Assembly (NCBI GenBank): GCA_964565515.1
Contig: CAZMFA010000003.1
Coordinates: forward strand, 1 to 53,630
Direction: 5' to 3'
Length of the DNA: 53,630 nucleotides
From: an uncultured Candidatus Saccharibacteria bacterium
GTDB lineage: Bacteria > Patescibacteriota > Minisyncoccia > UBA6257 > GWB1-50-10
In this document: piece after piece, positions 38,457-47,059 of the stretch
How positions within the stretch are numbered: position 1 is the first letter of the stretch
Layout: each line of letters opens with the position of its first letter
Position numbers and translations under genes: made by a program
The notes under the pieces: model-generated
Databases searched by the model: none
What the model was told of the DNA's origin: nothing
What the model saw: the letters and a program-made list of their open reading frames with translations, nothing else

Positions 38457-39431
38457 ATGAACAAGAATAACGTCTTTAAGGGTCCGGACGCCCTGCGGCA
38501 GTTTATGAACCCCGACGAAAACCCTCCGATTCCACTCGTGGAATTGCCTGCCGACCTGAATCCCTTCGCTGATAAGAAGGTAAGAATTTTCGCCAAGCTG
38601 ATGTATCTCGTTCCGCTGATGAACGTGAAGTCGGTCATGGCATATAATATGCTCCTTGATGCGGAAAAGAAGGGGAAACTCGGCGAGGATGAAACAATCG
38701 TCGAAAACTCATCGGGGAATACGGCATTCTCTTTCGGGATTCTCGCGAAACTCTTCGGCGTGAAAGATGTCGTCGCATTTGTCCCGTTGGATATCGCTCC
38801 GGGGAAGCTGGAACTTCTTCGCTTGGCCGGTGTCTACGCCAAAATGATCCGTCCCGGCGAGAAAGGCGGCATCGAACAAGCGCGCGAAGCGGCGAAGGGA
38901 GACGGCTTCTACAATCCGGGGCAGTACGATAATGAGATGAATATCGAGGCCCATTATAAGTGGACCGGAAAGCAAATTTGGGAGCAAACCGAAGGGAAGG
39001 TCTCGATGGTTGTCGTGGGACTCGGAACCACTGGTACGGCCGACGGCATCAAAGATCGTTTGGTAAAAGAGGGGTCTTCGGCGCCCGTCGTCGGCGTGAT
39101 CGTCGAGGAAGGAAGTGCCATACCCGGTGTCCGCACTCAAAAGCGTCTTGAGGAGATATCCTTCGATTGGAAATCGAAGGTTGACTTCACGATTGAGGTC
39201 AATACGAAGAGTTCCTATCGGCAGAGTTTGGCGCTCATTCGGCATGGCCTTATAGCTGGTCCGAGTTCCGGATTCTCTTTCGATGGAGCTTTGCGATTCT
39301 TGGAGAATCAGGAAGATCTCGATCGGTTTAGAAACGCGGACGGGGAAATTGTTGTCGTTTTCGTTTGCCCGGATACGCCGTTTCCGTATCTCGACAAATA
39401 TTCGACGGTCCTCGATCCGGAGGATTTCTAG
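38457..39431 (+). CDS. PLP-dependent cysteine synthase-family enzyme
   Basis: PLVEL, AKL, NVK (PLP Lys), SSGNT, QYDN, GLGTTGT, GPSSG. Confidence 0.85.
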   Translation: MNKNNVFKGPDALRQFMNPDENPPIPLVELPADLNPFADKKVRIFAKLMYLVPLMNVKSVMAYNMLLDAEKKGKLGEDETIVENSSGNTAFSFGILAKLFGVKDVVAFVPLDIAPGKLELLRLAGVYAKMIRPGEKGGIEQAREAAKGDGFYNPGQYDNEMNIEAHYKWTGKQIWEQTEGKVSMVVVGLGTTGTADGIKDRLVKEGSSAPVVGVIVEEGSAIPGVRTQKRLEEISFDWKSKVDFTIEVNTKSSYRQSLALIRHGLIAGPSSGFSFDGALRFLENQEDLDRFRNADGEIVVVFVCPDTPFPYLDKYSTVLDPEDF

Positions 39432-39556
39432 CGTGTGGTTTTTTGTACGACAAGAGCGTCCAAGAGTTTATCTCTGGGCGCTCTTCATGTTTTTGGAACG
39501 TTTCCCCGGTTTTTGCGTATATCTCCCGAAGGACATACAATAAAAGAATCAATTTT

Positions 39557-41932
39557 ATGAAAGTGAAAGCAAAGACGCCGCAAATACCGACCATTATCGT
39601 GGTTTTGGGAGCGACGGGAGACCTTATGGGGAAAAAGATCGTTCCTTCGCTTTTCAATCTTTATAAAAAAGGCTTGCTTCCCGGTCGGTTTCGCCTCGTC
39701 GGCTTCGCGCGGCGCGATCTTACGGATAAGGATTTGCGGGATCGGGCGTTCGAGATCCTCGCGAAGCGGCATAAAGTGAAGAGGGGTGACCGGGTTATCC
39801 GCGGTTTCTTGTCGCTTTATTCGTACCAGCGCGGGAATTTTGAGAATAAAAAAGACTTCGCATCGCTTGCCAAGGCGCTTCGTGAGATCGACGCTTCGTG
39901 GGGTATGTGTTCCAATAAGCTCCTGTATTTGGCTGTTCCCCCGAGGATGTATCCGGAGATTTTGAAGAATCTTTCGGCGGCGGGATTGAATATTCCGTGC
40001 GGCGGTCCCGATGAGGGGTGGACGCGCGTCATCGTCGAGAAGCCGTTCGGCAGCGACGAAAAGAGCGCGAAGACGCTCGACGACCTTCTCGATAAACTTT
40101 TCAAAGAGGAGCAAATTTACCGGATCGATCACTATCTTGCCAAGGAGATGCTTCAGAACATCTTGGTGTTCCGCTTTTCAAACAATCTTTTTGAGTCGGC
40201 GTGGGATGAGGAACTGATCGAAAGCATCCATGTCCGTCTTTGGGAATCGATCGGCGTCGAAGAGCGGGGAGGGTTTTACGACGGTGTGGGAGCTCTTCGC
40301 GATGTCGGCCAAAATCATCTGCTTCAAATGCTCGCGCTTGTCACCATGGAGAAGCCGGCTTCGTTTTCCGCCGAAGATATCCGGAAGGAACGGGCGAAGA
40401 TCGTCGAGACCCTGAAAACGCCCTCGGCTGAGGAGGTGCGTAAAGGAACATTCCGGGCTCAGTACAACGGTTACCGGACGATCAAAGGTGTTGCGACCGA
40501 TTCCGATACCGAAACGTATTTCAAAATCAAAGCTGCGCTTCAACATCCCCGCTGGCAAGGCGTCGATATTACGTTGGAGTCCGGAAAGCGGATGGGGAAG
40601 CCCTTGAAAGAAATCGAAATTGTTTTCAAAAATGACACGCCGTACAAAGACTCGCTTACCATTCACCTCGAACCGAAAGAGGGGATCACGGTGTGTTTTT
40701 GGTCCAAAAAGCCGGGTCACCGGATGGAGCTCGAAAAACGTGCGCTTGGTTTCGAGTTCAGGAGGAGCGGCGAGCATTCGCAATACACCGAAGAATACGA
40801 AAAGCTCCTCTTCGACTGCGTTTCAGATGACCAGACGCTTTTCGTTTCATCGGGAGAGATCAAGGCGATGTGGCGATTCATCGATCCGATCATTGCCGGG
40901 TGGCAGAAGGGCACAGTTCCTTTGATGCGGTACGAGCCGGATTCGAGCCGTATCGCGAAAGATGCCGAAACGATCAACGGAGTAGCGGTTACGGCCGGAA
41001 TGCCGAAAGAGATCGGCATTGTCGGCCTTGGAAAAATGGGTTCCGGACTTGCGCGGCAACTGCATGGGAAGGGGTGGAAAATCCACGTATGGAATCGGAC
41101 GACCGAAGTCGCGAAGCATATGGAGCGGGAGGGCCTCAGTGCCGCTCCTTCGATCGAGGAACTTATCGGGAAACTTCCTTCGCCGAAAGTGGTGTGGCTT
41201 ATGGTCCCCGCCGGCAAGACGGTCGATGAGATGATATTCGGAAAAGGAGGCGTCCTGCGGTATCTGAAGAAGGGGGATATCATCGTCGACGGCGGCAATT
41301 CATTCTTCGAGGATTCGATTGCGCGCGCAAAGAAACTTCAAAAGGCGGGTATCCGGTTCGTCGATGTCGGCGTTTCGGGAGGGCCGGGAGGCGCCCGGAA
41401 CGGCGCGTCCCTCATGGTAGGCGGGGACCGGAAAGATTTCGATTACCTCGAGCCGCTCTTCTTCGATTTGTCGCTCAAAGATGGTTACGGGTATATGGGC
41501 CGACACGGCGCGGGCCACTTTGTGAAGATGGTCCACAACGGCATTGAGTACGGCATGATGCAGGCTCTTGCGGAAGGATTCGCTGTCATTAAGAAATCGA
41601 AGCTTGCGCCCGATCTTGGGGAGATCGCGAAAGTATACGGCCACGGGAGCGTTATCACGTCCCGTTTGGTCGATTGGCTGAAAACGGGTTTTGGAGAGCA
41701 TGGTAACGATCTGAAAGGCGTTTCGGGGACCGTGGCGCATACCGGCGAAGGCGAGTGGACCGTAAGGACGGCGAAGAAACTCGGCGTGCCGGTCAGGGTT
41801 ATCGAGGATTCGTTCGATTTTCGCGTTCAGTCCGCAAAGCATCCGAGCTACATCGGCCAAATCCTTTCGATGCTGCGGAACCAATTCGGTGGCCATTCCA
41901 TAAAGGTTGAGAAAACAAAAAAACAACGATGA
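39557..41932 (+). CDS. zwf-gnd: Glucose-6-phosphate dehydrogenase fused to short-type 6-phosphogluconate dehydrogenase
   Basis: GATGDL, YLAVPP, EKPFG, RIDHYLAKE, DVGQNHL; then GLGKMG, WLMVPAG, DGGNS, VSGG, KMVHNGIEYG, RNQFGGH in one frame. Confidence 0.93.
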   Translation: MKVKAKTPQIPTIIVVLGATGDLMGKKIVPSLFNLYKKGLLPGRFRLVGFARRDLTDKDLRDRAFEILAKRHKVKRGDRVIRGFLSLYSYQRGNFENKKDFASLAKALREIDASWGMCSNKLLYLAVPPRMYPEILKNLSAAGLNIPCGGPDEGWTRVIVEKPFGSDEKSAKTLDDLLDKLFKEEQIYRIDHYLAKEMLQNILVFRFSNNLFESAWDEELIESIHVRLWESIGVEERGGFYDGVGALRDVGQNHLLQMLALVTMEKPASFSAEDIRKERAKIVETLKTPSAEEVRKGTFRAQYNGYRTIKGVATDSDTETYFKIKAALQHPRWQGVDITLESGKRMGKPLKEIEIVFKNDTPYKDSLTIHLEPKEGITVCFWSKKPGHRMELEKRALGFEFRRSGEHSQYTEEYEKLLFDCVSDDQTLFVSSGEIKAMWRFIDPIIAGWQKGTVPLMRYEPDSSRIAKDAETINGVAVTAGMPKEIGIVGLGKMGSGLARQLHGKGWKIHVWNRTTEVAKHMEREGLSAAPSIEELIGKLPSPKVVWLMVPAGKTVDEMIFGKGGVLRYLKKGDIIVDGGNSFFEDSIARAKKLQKAGIRFVDVGVSGGPGGARNGASLMVGGDRKDFDYLEPLFFDLSLKDGYGYMGRHGAGHFVKMVHNGIEYGMMQALAEGFAVIKKSKLAPDLGEIAKVYGHGSVITSRLVDWLKTGFGEHGNDLKGVSGTVAHTGEGEWTVRTAKKLGVPVRVIEDSFDFRVQSAKHPSYIGQILSMLRNQFGGHSIKVEKTKKQR

Positions 41933-42480
41933 ATAAAATAAAAATTTTGGGAATATCGGGGAGTTTGCGGAAAGAGTCGTTTCACACGAAGCTTTTGAAA
42001 GCGGCTGCGGCAATGCCGTTCGATGATGCGGAGATCGAAATTGCCGAGATCGGCCAGTTGCCGCTCTTCGATCAGGATTGGGAAATGAACCCGCCTGAAT
42101 CGGTCGTCGCATTCAAGAAAAAGATAGCGGAAAGCGATGCAATCCTTTTTGTGACGCCGGAATACAACTATTCCGTGCCGGGAGTTTTGAAGAACGCCAT
42201 TGATTGCGGATCGCGGCCGTATGGCCGAAGTGCCTGGTTGGGAAAGCCCGCAGCCATCATGAGTGGTTCGGTCGGTATGCTGGGCGGAAGCCGTGCCCAG
42301 TACCACTTGCGCCAAATGATGGTCTTTTTAGATATGCACCCATTGAATAAGCCCGAGGTTATGGTGCCCATGATCCAGGATAAATTCGACGGAAACGGCA
42401 ATCTTACCGACGAAGACACGAAGAAAAAAGTGCGGGAAATGATCGAGGCGCTTGCCGTGTGGACAAGGAAGCTGCAGTAG
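41929..42480 (+). CDS. NAD(P)H-dependent FMN reductase (ChrR/SsuE family)
   Basis: GSLRKES, TPEYNYSVPGVLKNAID, GGSRAQYHLRQ; ATGA overlap. Confidence 0.92.
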   Translation: MNKIKILGISGSLRKESFHTKLLKAAAAMPFDDAEIEIAEIGQLPLFDQDWEMNPPESVVAFKKKIAESDAILFVTPEYNYSVPGVLKNAIDCGSRPYGRSAWLGKPAAIMSGSVGMLGGSRAQYHLRQMMVFLDMHPLNKPEVMVPMIQDKFDGNGNLTDEDTKKKVREMIEALAVWTRKLQ

Positions 42481-42552
42481 GGTATAGTGGGAATCCCAAG
42501 CAGCTTTACAATAAAGATAAGCTGAATATCTGAAACGAATTAAGGAGATAAG

Positions 42553-43122
42553 ATGAAAAAAGTCGTTCTGGCGATCATGCTGGTCGCTATTGCCGCTGCC
42601 CTGCAGCTCGTACCTCACCAACCAAATTTCACTGCCACTCTTGCGGTTGCTCTCTTTGCGGGGGCGTACCTTGGGGGAACACTGGGGACGTTCGTTGCGT
42701 TCGCCCCCATGGCTATCGTCAATGCCGTGTGGGTTTTCCACAATCCCGGATATGCGAAGAGCGTCGGCGCGATCATGGGATTCGACTATGCCGCTGTCAT
42801 TCTCGTGATGGTTGTTGGCATGGCCCTCACGGTGCATAAAAGGAAAATCGGCGGGAGAAAAGCAATTCCCGCTTCGCTCATCGGAGCAACGGTCGGATCG
42901 GTGGTGTTCTTTCTGGTATCGAACTTCGGCGTATGGGTAGCGAGCGGAATGTATCCTATGACCTGGAGCGGACTTGTCGTCTGCTACGTTGCGGCAATTC
43001 CGTTTTTTGGAAACACCATTTTAAGTACCGCTGCTTTCAGTTTCATCTTCTTCGCTTCTTACGAAGTGGCGCTGAAGGCAATACGCGGACACCATCTCCA
43101 GAAAGGGATTGTATTAAATTAG
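42553..43122 (+). CDS. ECF-type S-component-like transporter (DUF6580-like)
   Basis: PH.PNFT, ALFAGA, FFLVSNFGVW, YP.T..GL..CY.AAIPFF.NT; SD AGGAG. Confidence 0.75.
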   Translation: MKKVVLAIMLVAIAAALQLVPHQPNFTATLAVALFAGAYLGGTLGTFVAFAPMAIVNAVWVFHNPGYAKSVGAIMGFDYAAVILVMVVGMALTVHKRKIGGRKAIPASLIGATVGSVVFFLVSNFGVWVASGMYPMTWSGLVVCYVAAIPFFGNTILSTAAFSFIFFASYEVALKAIRGHHLQKGIVLN

Positions 43123-43140
43123 CGGGTTTTCCCGCAAATA

Positions 43141-43173
43141 AAAAAAACGGCATCTTTGGACAAGATGCCGTTT
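43141..43173 (-). terminator. Terminator between convergent genes
   Basis: AAACGGCATCTT/AAGATGCCGTTT stem with an A-run (U-tail on the minus strand). Confidence 0.75.
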
Positions 43174-43190
43174 CAATTTATCCTATTATC

Positions 43191-43601
43191 CTAGGCATCC
43201 TTTTTCTTCAGATGTTCGCGTATCTTTCCCACGATCTCGTCCGGCAATATCTTTGTTTTGATGATATATTCATCTACCTTTACGCCGGTCGTTTCTTCCA
43301 GGTATTCCGGATGGGTATCCAAGCTTGTGAGGACGATGACCGGAATATCTTTCGTTTTGGGGTCGCTCCGCAGCTTTCGGACCACTTCGTAACCGTTCAT
43401 ATTCGGCATCTTGATGTCGAGGAGGATTAAATCAACGCTGGTTTCCCCGAGCCTTCGGAGCGCATCGCCGCCATCGACTGCCACGACGGCATTGCCGCCC
43501 GCCCGTTCCACAGTTTCTTTATAGAGCTGGCAAATGAGCGGATCATCGTCGGCAATAAGGACGGTCACTCCGTTCAAGGGAGCGTCTGTTTGAGTAGTCA
43601 T
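43191..43601 (-). CDS. Single-domain response regulator (receiver only)
   Basis: LIADDD, LILLDIKMP..NG, IPVIVLTS, YIIK; extended -10 TGGTATAAT 6 nt upstream. Confidence 0.93.
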   Translation of the reverse strand: MTTQTDAPLNGVTVLIADDDPLICQLYKETVERAGGNAVVAVDGGDALRRLGETSVDLILLDIKMPNMNGYEVVRKLRSDPKTKDIPVIVLTSLDTHPEYLEETTGVKVDEYIIKTKILPDEIVGKIREHLKKKDA

Positions 43602-43620
43602 TGTTCCATTATACCATACT

Positions 43621-43649
43621 TTGACAAGGTATCGTTACCGTGCCACGCT
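43621..43649 (+). promoter_or_regulatory. Putative promoter of the ThiF operon (divergent from the receiver gene)
   Basis: TTGACA-N17-CACGCT with TG extension; SD AAGGAG before ATG 43731. Confidence 0.4.
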
Positions 43650-43730
43650 ATTTCATAGTAGATGAGCGAGTGCTCTCTCTTGATAACTTCATAAAGAACA
43701 AAATAACTTTAAGGAAAGGAGTTTGCGTCC

Positions 43731-44933
43731 ATGGAAACGCAAAAGAATCCCTACGTCGATTACGAAGGGAAACCGGAATTTTTACTTCCGGAAGGATTTC
43801 AAATCCGCGAACGAGACGACGGCGTCGAGCTGGCGGATTATAACGGTACATTATTCCACAGGGTGGAGCGGAAGGATTTTTTTGACCAACTGATTCCCAC
43901 CATGAGAGGTCTCCTTGCCGACCTGACGCAAGGTTCGACCCTTGCCGAAGATTTCCAAGGGGAATGGGGAGCGTACGAAGAAGGGGAAAGCGACATGTCC
44001 GGATACGGTGCGCTTGTTTACTATCCGCGCCGCGGACACGTGGTGCGGTTTGCGCCGCCGTTTTGGCACCGTTTGGCGCTTATAGTGAGGAACGGAACGC
44101 TGTTTCTCGATCCCGAAATGAAGCTCGATTGGCAGGCGGTGCGCCAACGCTTCGAACGATCCGTTCCGGCGGTCGCTGGCTGCAGTTTGGGCAACCATGT
44201 CGTTCACGCCGTGGTCTTCAATGTACGCCCCGCGCACGTCAAGGTGGCGGATCAAGATGTATTCGATCTCACGAACGCGAATCGGATGAGGGTGAGCTAC
44301 GACGAGCTCGGCAGAAACAAAGCGATCGTTACCGCCGAACAGCTCCATGCCATCGACCCCTTTTTGAAGATTTCCGTCTTCAGCGAAGGGATCCATGCGG
44401 GAAACGTTGATGATTTCATCGGCGGAAATCCGTCCATCGGAGAACCGCCGGCGACCGTCGTCATTGATGAGGTGGACAACCCTGATACCAAGATGTTGAT
44501 TCGCCGTAAAGCGCGTGAGTTTCGGAAACCGGTTGTTATGAGTTCGGATGTCGGTTCGGGCGCTGAACGGGATGTTCAGCGGTACGATCTCGATCCTGGA
44601 TTGCCCCTCGTCATCGGCGGTATGTCGGACGAAGAAATTTCCGCCATCGAAGAACAATATCGGAAAAATCCGAGCCTCGGTAATTTCTTCCAATTCGCTT
44701 TCGGTTTGATAGGCCACGCCTACAAGCAAATGCCCGAATTCAAGGCCATTGTCGAAAGTCTCATGCAAGACGGCGTTCCACCGGAGTTCGGCGGTGCGCC
44801 TCAACTCGGATCGACTGCCATGGTTGCCGCCGGTTTCGCCGGTGAGGCGGTTCCGCGGATTATTTTGGGACATCAAGTGAAGGAACGAACCTTTATCGAC
44901 ATAACTAATGCTGAAAGGAAGGTGGGGCAATGA
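43731..44933 (+). CDS. ThiF-family adenylating enzyme, Rv1355c/MoeY/OxzB-type
   Basis: LVYYPRR...RN, VAGCSLG, ADQDVFDLTNANR, GRNKA, IDPF, DEVD..K..IR..AR, DVQRYDLDP, PQLGS. Confidence 0.88.
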   Translation: METQKNPYVDYEGKPEFLLPEGFQIRERDDGVELADYNGTLFHRVERKDFFDQLIPTMRGLLADLTQGSTLAEDFQGEWGAYEEGESDMSGYGALVYYPRRGHVVRFAPPFWHRLALIVRNGTLFLDPEMKLDWQAVRQRFERSVPAVAGCSLGNHVVHAVVFNVRPAHVKVADQDVFDLTNANRMRVSYDELGRNKAIVTAEQLHAIDPFLKISVFSEGIHAGNVDDFIGGNPSIGEPPATVVIDEVDNPDTKMLIRRKAREFRKPVVMSSDVGSGAERDVQRYDLDPGLPLVIGGMSDEEISAIEEQYRKNPSLGNFFQFAFGLIGHAYKQMPEFKAIVESLMQDGVPPEFGGAPQLGSTAMVAAGFAGEAVPRIILGHQVKERTFIDITNAERKVGQ

Positions 44934-46006
44934 AGAACTACGATCCTTGGAACATCCCGATCCTCGAGGGGAATATCGGCATCAAAGAACTCCTGCTGCA
45001 CCTTGTCGGATGGGGGATCCTCGCGCCAAGCACGCATAATACCCAACCGTGGAGATTCCGTATCGCTCCCTCGAAAGGGGTGATCGATCTTTGTTTGGAC
45101 GGCCGGTTTGTCTTGCCGGAATCCGACAAGCGGGGGCGCCAGTCGGTCATCAGTATCGGATGCGCGCTCCAAAATGTCGTTTCGGCAGCGGAGTCATACC
45201 GTTTGCGCTATAGTTTCGACTTGCTGCCCGACATGCCGTTGTATCCGGCGCCCATTGTTTCATTTCGTCTCGAAGGTATCCGTGAATCTTACTCGCTCCA
45301 AGGCGACCGCGAACTTTTGAATACCATGAAGGCGCGGAGCATGAATCGGAATGAATACGATCCCACGAAACCAGTTCCCTCTGCGGTGATCGATTGGATC
45401 ACGGGAACGGCTCAAAGTATGGGTTTGGAAGCGCAAGTCATAACGGACATGCCGACCATTCTCGCGATTTCCGATTTTCAGTACATGGCTGACAGTACGG
45501 TCGTGATGAAAACTCGCTTTCGAAACGAACTCTCGAAGTTCTTCCTGGTGAACGATTCTCCGGAAGGAAGGGGAATGCCCGGTACGACGTTCAGTTTGAA
45601 CGACGCAACGGCATTTTCCCTGAAACAAGAACTCGGAAAAATCGGACCGGTGAATCCCGGAAAGATGGCGGGATTCGCTCGTTCAAGCCGCAACGGTATC
45701 CGAAGTTCGTCCGCTCTTTTTGTGGTGAGCGCTCCCGAGGATACACCGCGGTGGTGGCTTGCTGCCGGGATGGCTTTCGAAAAAGCCATCCTTTTCGCTC
45801 AATCGAACGGATTGAGCGTCGCGGTTCACGCGGGTATCATCGAGGTCGGTTTGGCAAATCAAATGCTTCGATTGAGGTTGAAGAGCTCGGGTCGGCCGAC
45901 GATGCTCTTTCGGATGGGGTATGCGAAAGAAAAAATGCCCCACGCACCGCGTCTTTCGGTCGACGAAGTCGGGGAAGTGATCTCCGAAGGAGAGGAGCTG
46001 TTATGA
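44930..46006 (+). CDS. Nitroreductase-superfamily flavoprotein (Acg-like, two-lobed)
   Basis: LAPSTHNTQPWRF, ISIGCAL.N, R.MNR, W..AG..FE, FRMGY, R; ATGA overlap. Confidence 0.85.
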   Translation: MKNYDPWNIPILEGNIGIKELLLHLVGWGILAPSTHNTQPWRFRIAPSKGVIDLCLDGRFVLPESDKRGRQSVISIGCALQNVVSAAESYRLRYSFDLLPDMPLYPAPIVSFRLEGIRESYSLQGDRELLNTMKARSMNRNEYDPTKPVPSAVIDWITGTAQSMGLEAQVITDMPTILAISDFQYMADSTVVMKTRFRNELSKFFLVNDSPEGRGMPGTTFSLNDATAFSLKQELGKIGPVNPGKMAGFARSSRNGIRSSSALFVVSAPEDTPRWWLAAGMAFEKAILFAQSNGLSVAVHAGIIEVGLANQMLRLRLKSSGRPTMLFRMGYAKEKMPHAPRLSVDEVGEVISEGEELL

Positions 46007-46998
46007 AGAACGAATCCGCAATTTCCCTTCAGGAAATACGGGAGCTTGGAGCAGCGCTTCCTCCGCCGATTGCAAAGCGTGTCATCGGCGGGATCCAATT
46101 CGAGGTGTATCGAGCAAAGAACCTTTTTCACAACGAGTGGAAGGATGATGCGCTGCGGAGGCTCGTCATCGCTTCAAGAACTTCGTATCAGCGCTGGGGA
46201 GATTTCCAACCGCTCGATCGCGACGATGCAAAGGCCGTCGTGTATCTCGTTCGGTTGGATTATCCTCTCCGGGATGAACTCGACGGAGCAATGGTCGAAG
46301 AATGGGTGAGCTACCGTTTCGTTCCGGCCGGCGGGGATCCTCCTAGCGTGGAGGAACTATCGCTCTTCGTTTGCGACGGCAAGCCTGTCATGGAAGCAGC
46401 GAAGGAAATCCTTTTCGGTTCCCAGCCCAATTACCGGGATTTCATCGTAAACAGTTCCCGGCTTTGCGGCATCCGTCCGTTTTTCCGCGACGAGGGATTC
46501 GAAAAACATTCAGATCTCCTGCCGTCGAAACATGCGGATGTCGCGCTGGGCTTCGCCGTCATCAATGAATCGTTCCTCGATGAGTGCTTTCGGGAAGGGT
46601 TTTCCTTCCGATATCTCTTCGGCATCATTCGGGACGAACTCATTGTCAAAGCGTTGTCCGTCAAGCGCAATGGCACGATTTTTTCACCTGCCTTTACGCC
46701 GGCGCACTCCGTTCTCGGCGTTCCGGCGTCGTCGATTCGCTTGGATCGACGTGCCCTTTCTTCGTATATCTATCAATTCCCGTTGTACTTTTTGAACAAC
46801 GAGGAGTTGTATGCTTTCGCGGAAAAATCGCACCTTTCGATCGACGATGTCGGATTCCTCATTCAGACCGACGATGGCAAGCTCAGGAATATCCTTGACC
46901 GCGAGGTGGGGGACAATCCTGCCTTAAGGCTCAAAATAACTTCTCTGTCGGACCGGTTCACGAGCGTCCGGCAAATGATACGGGCAGCCGATCGCTGA
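46003..46998 (+). CDS. Hypothetical protein, putative LuxI/FeeM-like GNAT N-acyltransferase
   Basis: ATGA overlap; R..Y..W....D..D..A..YL / SYRFVP / IVNSSRLC pattern parallels LuxI-family motifs (by eye). Confidence 0.55.
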   Translation: MKNESAISLQEIRELGAALPPPIAKRVIGGIQFEVYRAKNLFHNEWKDDALRRLVIASRTSYQRWGDFQPLDRDDAKAVVYLVRLDYPLRDELDGAMVEEWVSYRFVPAGGDPPSVEELSLFVCDGKPVMEAAKEILFGSQPNYRDFIVNSSRLCGIRPFFRDEGFEKHSDLLPSKHADVALGFAVINESFLDECFREGFSFRYLFGIIRDELIVKALSVKRNGTIFSPAFTPAHSVLGVPASSIRLDRRALSSYIYQFPLYFLNNEELYAFAEKSHLSIDDVGFLIQTDDGKLRNILDREVGDNPALRLKITSLSDRFTSVRQMIRAADR

Positions 46999-47011
46999 TC
47001 TGCTGCTTTTC

Positions 47012-47042
47012 AAGGACCGCATTCCGCGGTCCTTTTATTTTT
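47012..47042 (+). terminator. Intrinsic terminator closing the three-gene operon
   Basis: AAGGACCGC-attcc-GCGGTCCTT followed by a T-run. Confidence 0.8.
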
Positions 47043-47059
47043 GTATTGGTATAATAGAG

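Noticed and set aside
42481-42552. Cobalamin or other riboswitch before the S-component-like gene
   Set aside because: The gap is only ~70 nt, AT-rich, and has no recognisable aptamer motif
43731-46006. RiPP (YcaO/azole) or ubiquitin-like defence reading of ThiF + nitroreductase
   Set aside because: No YcaO, precursor peptide, E2/JAB or ThiS-like gene nearby; the motifs match the Rv1355c/OxzB subfamily
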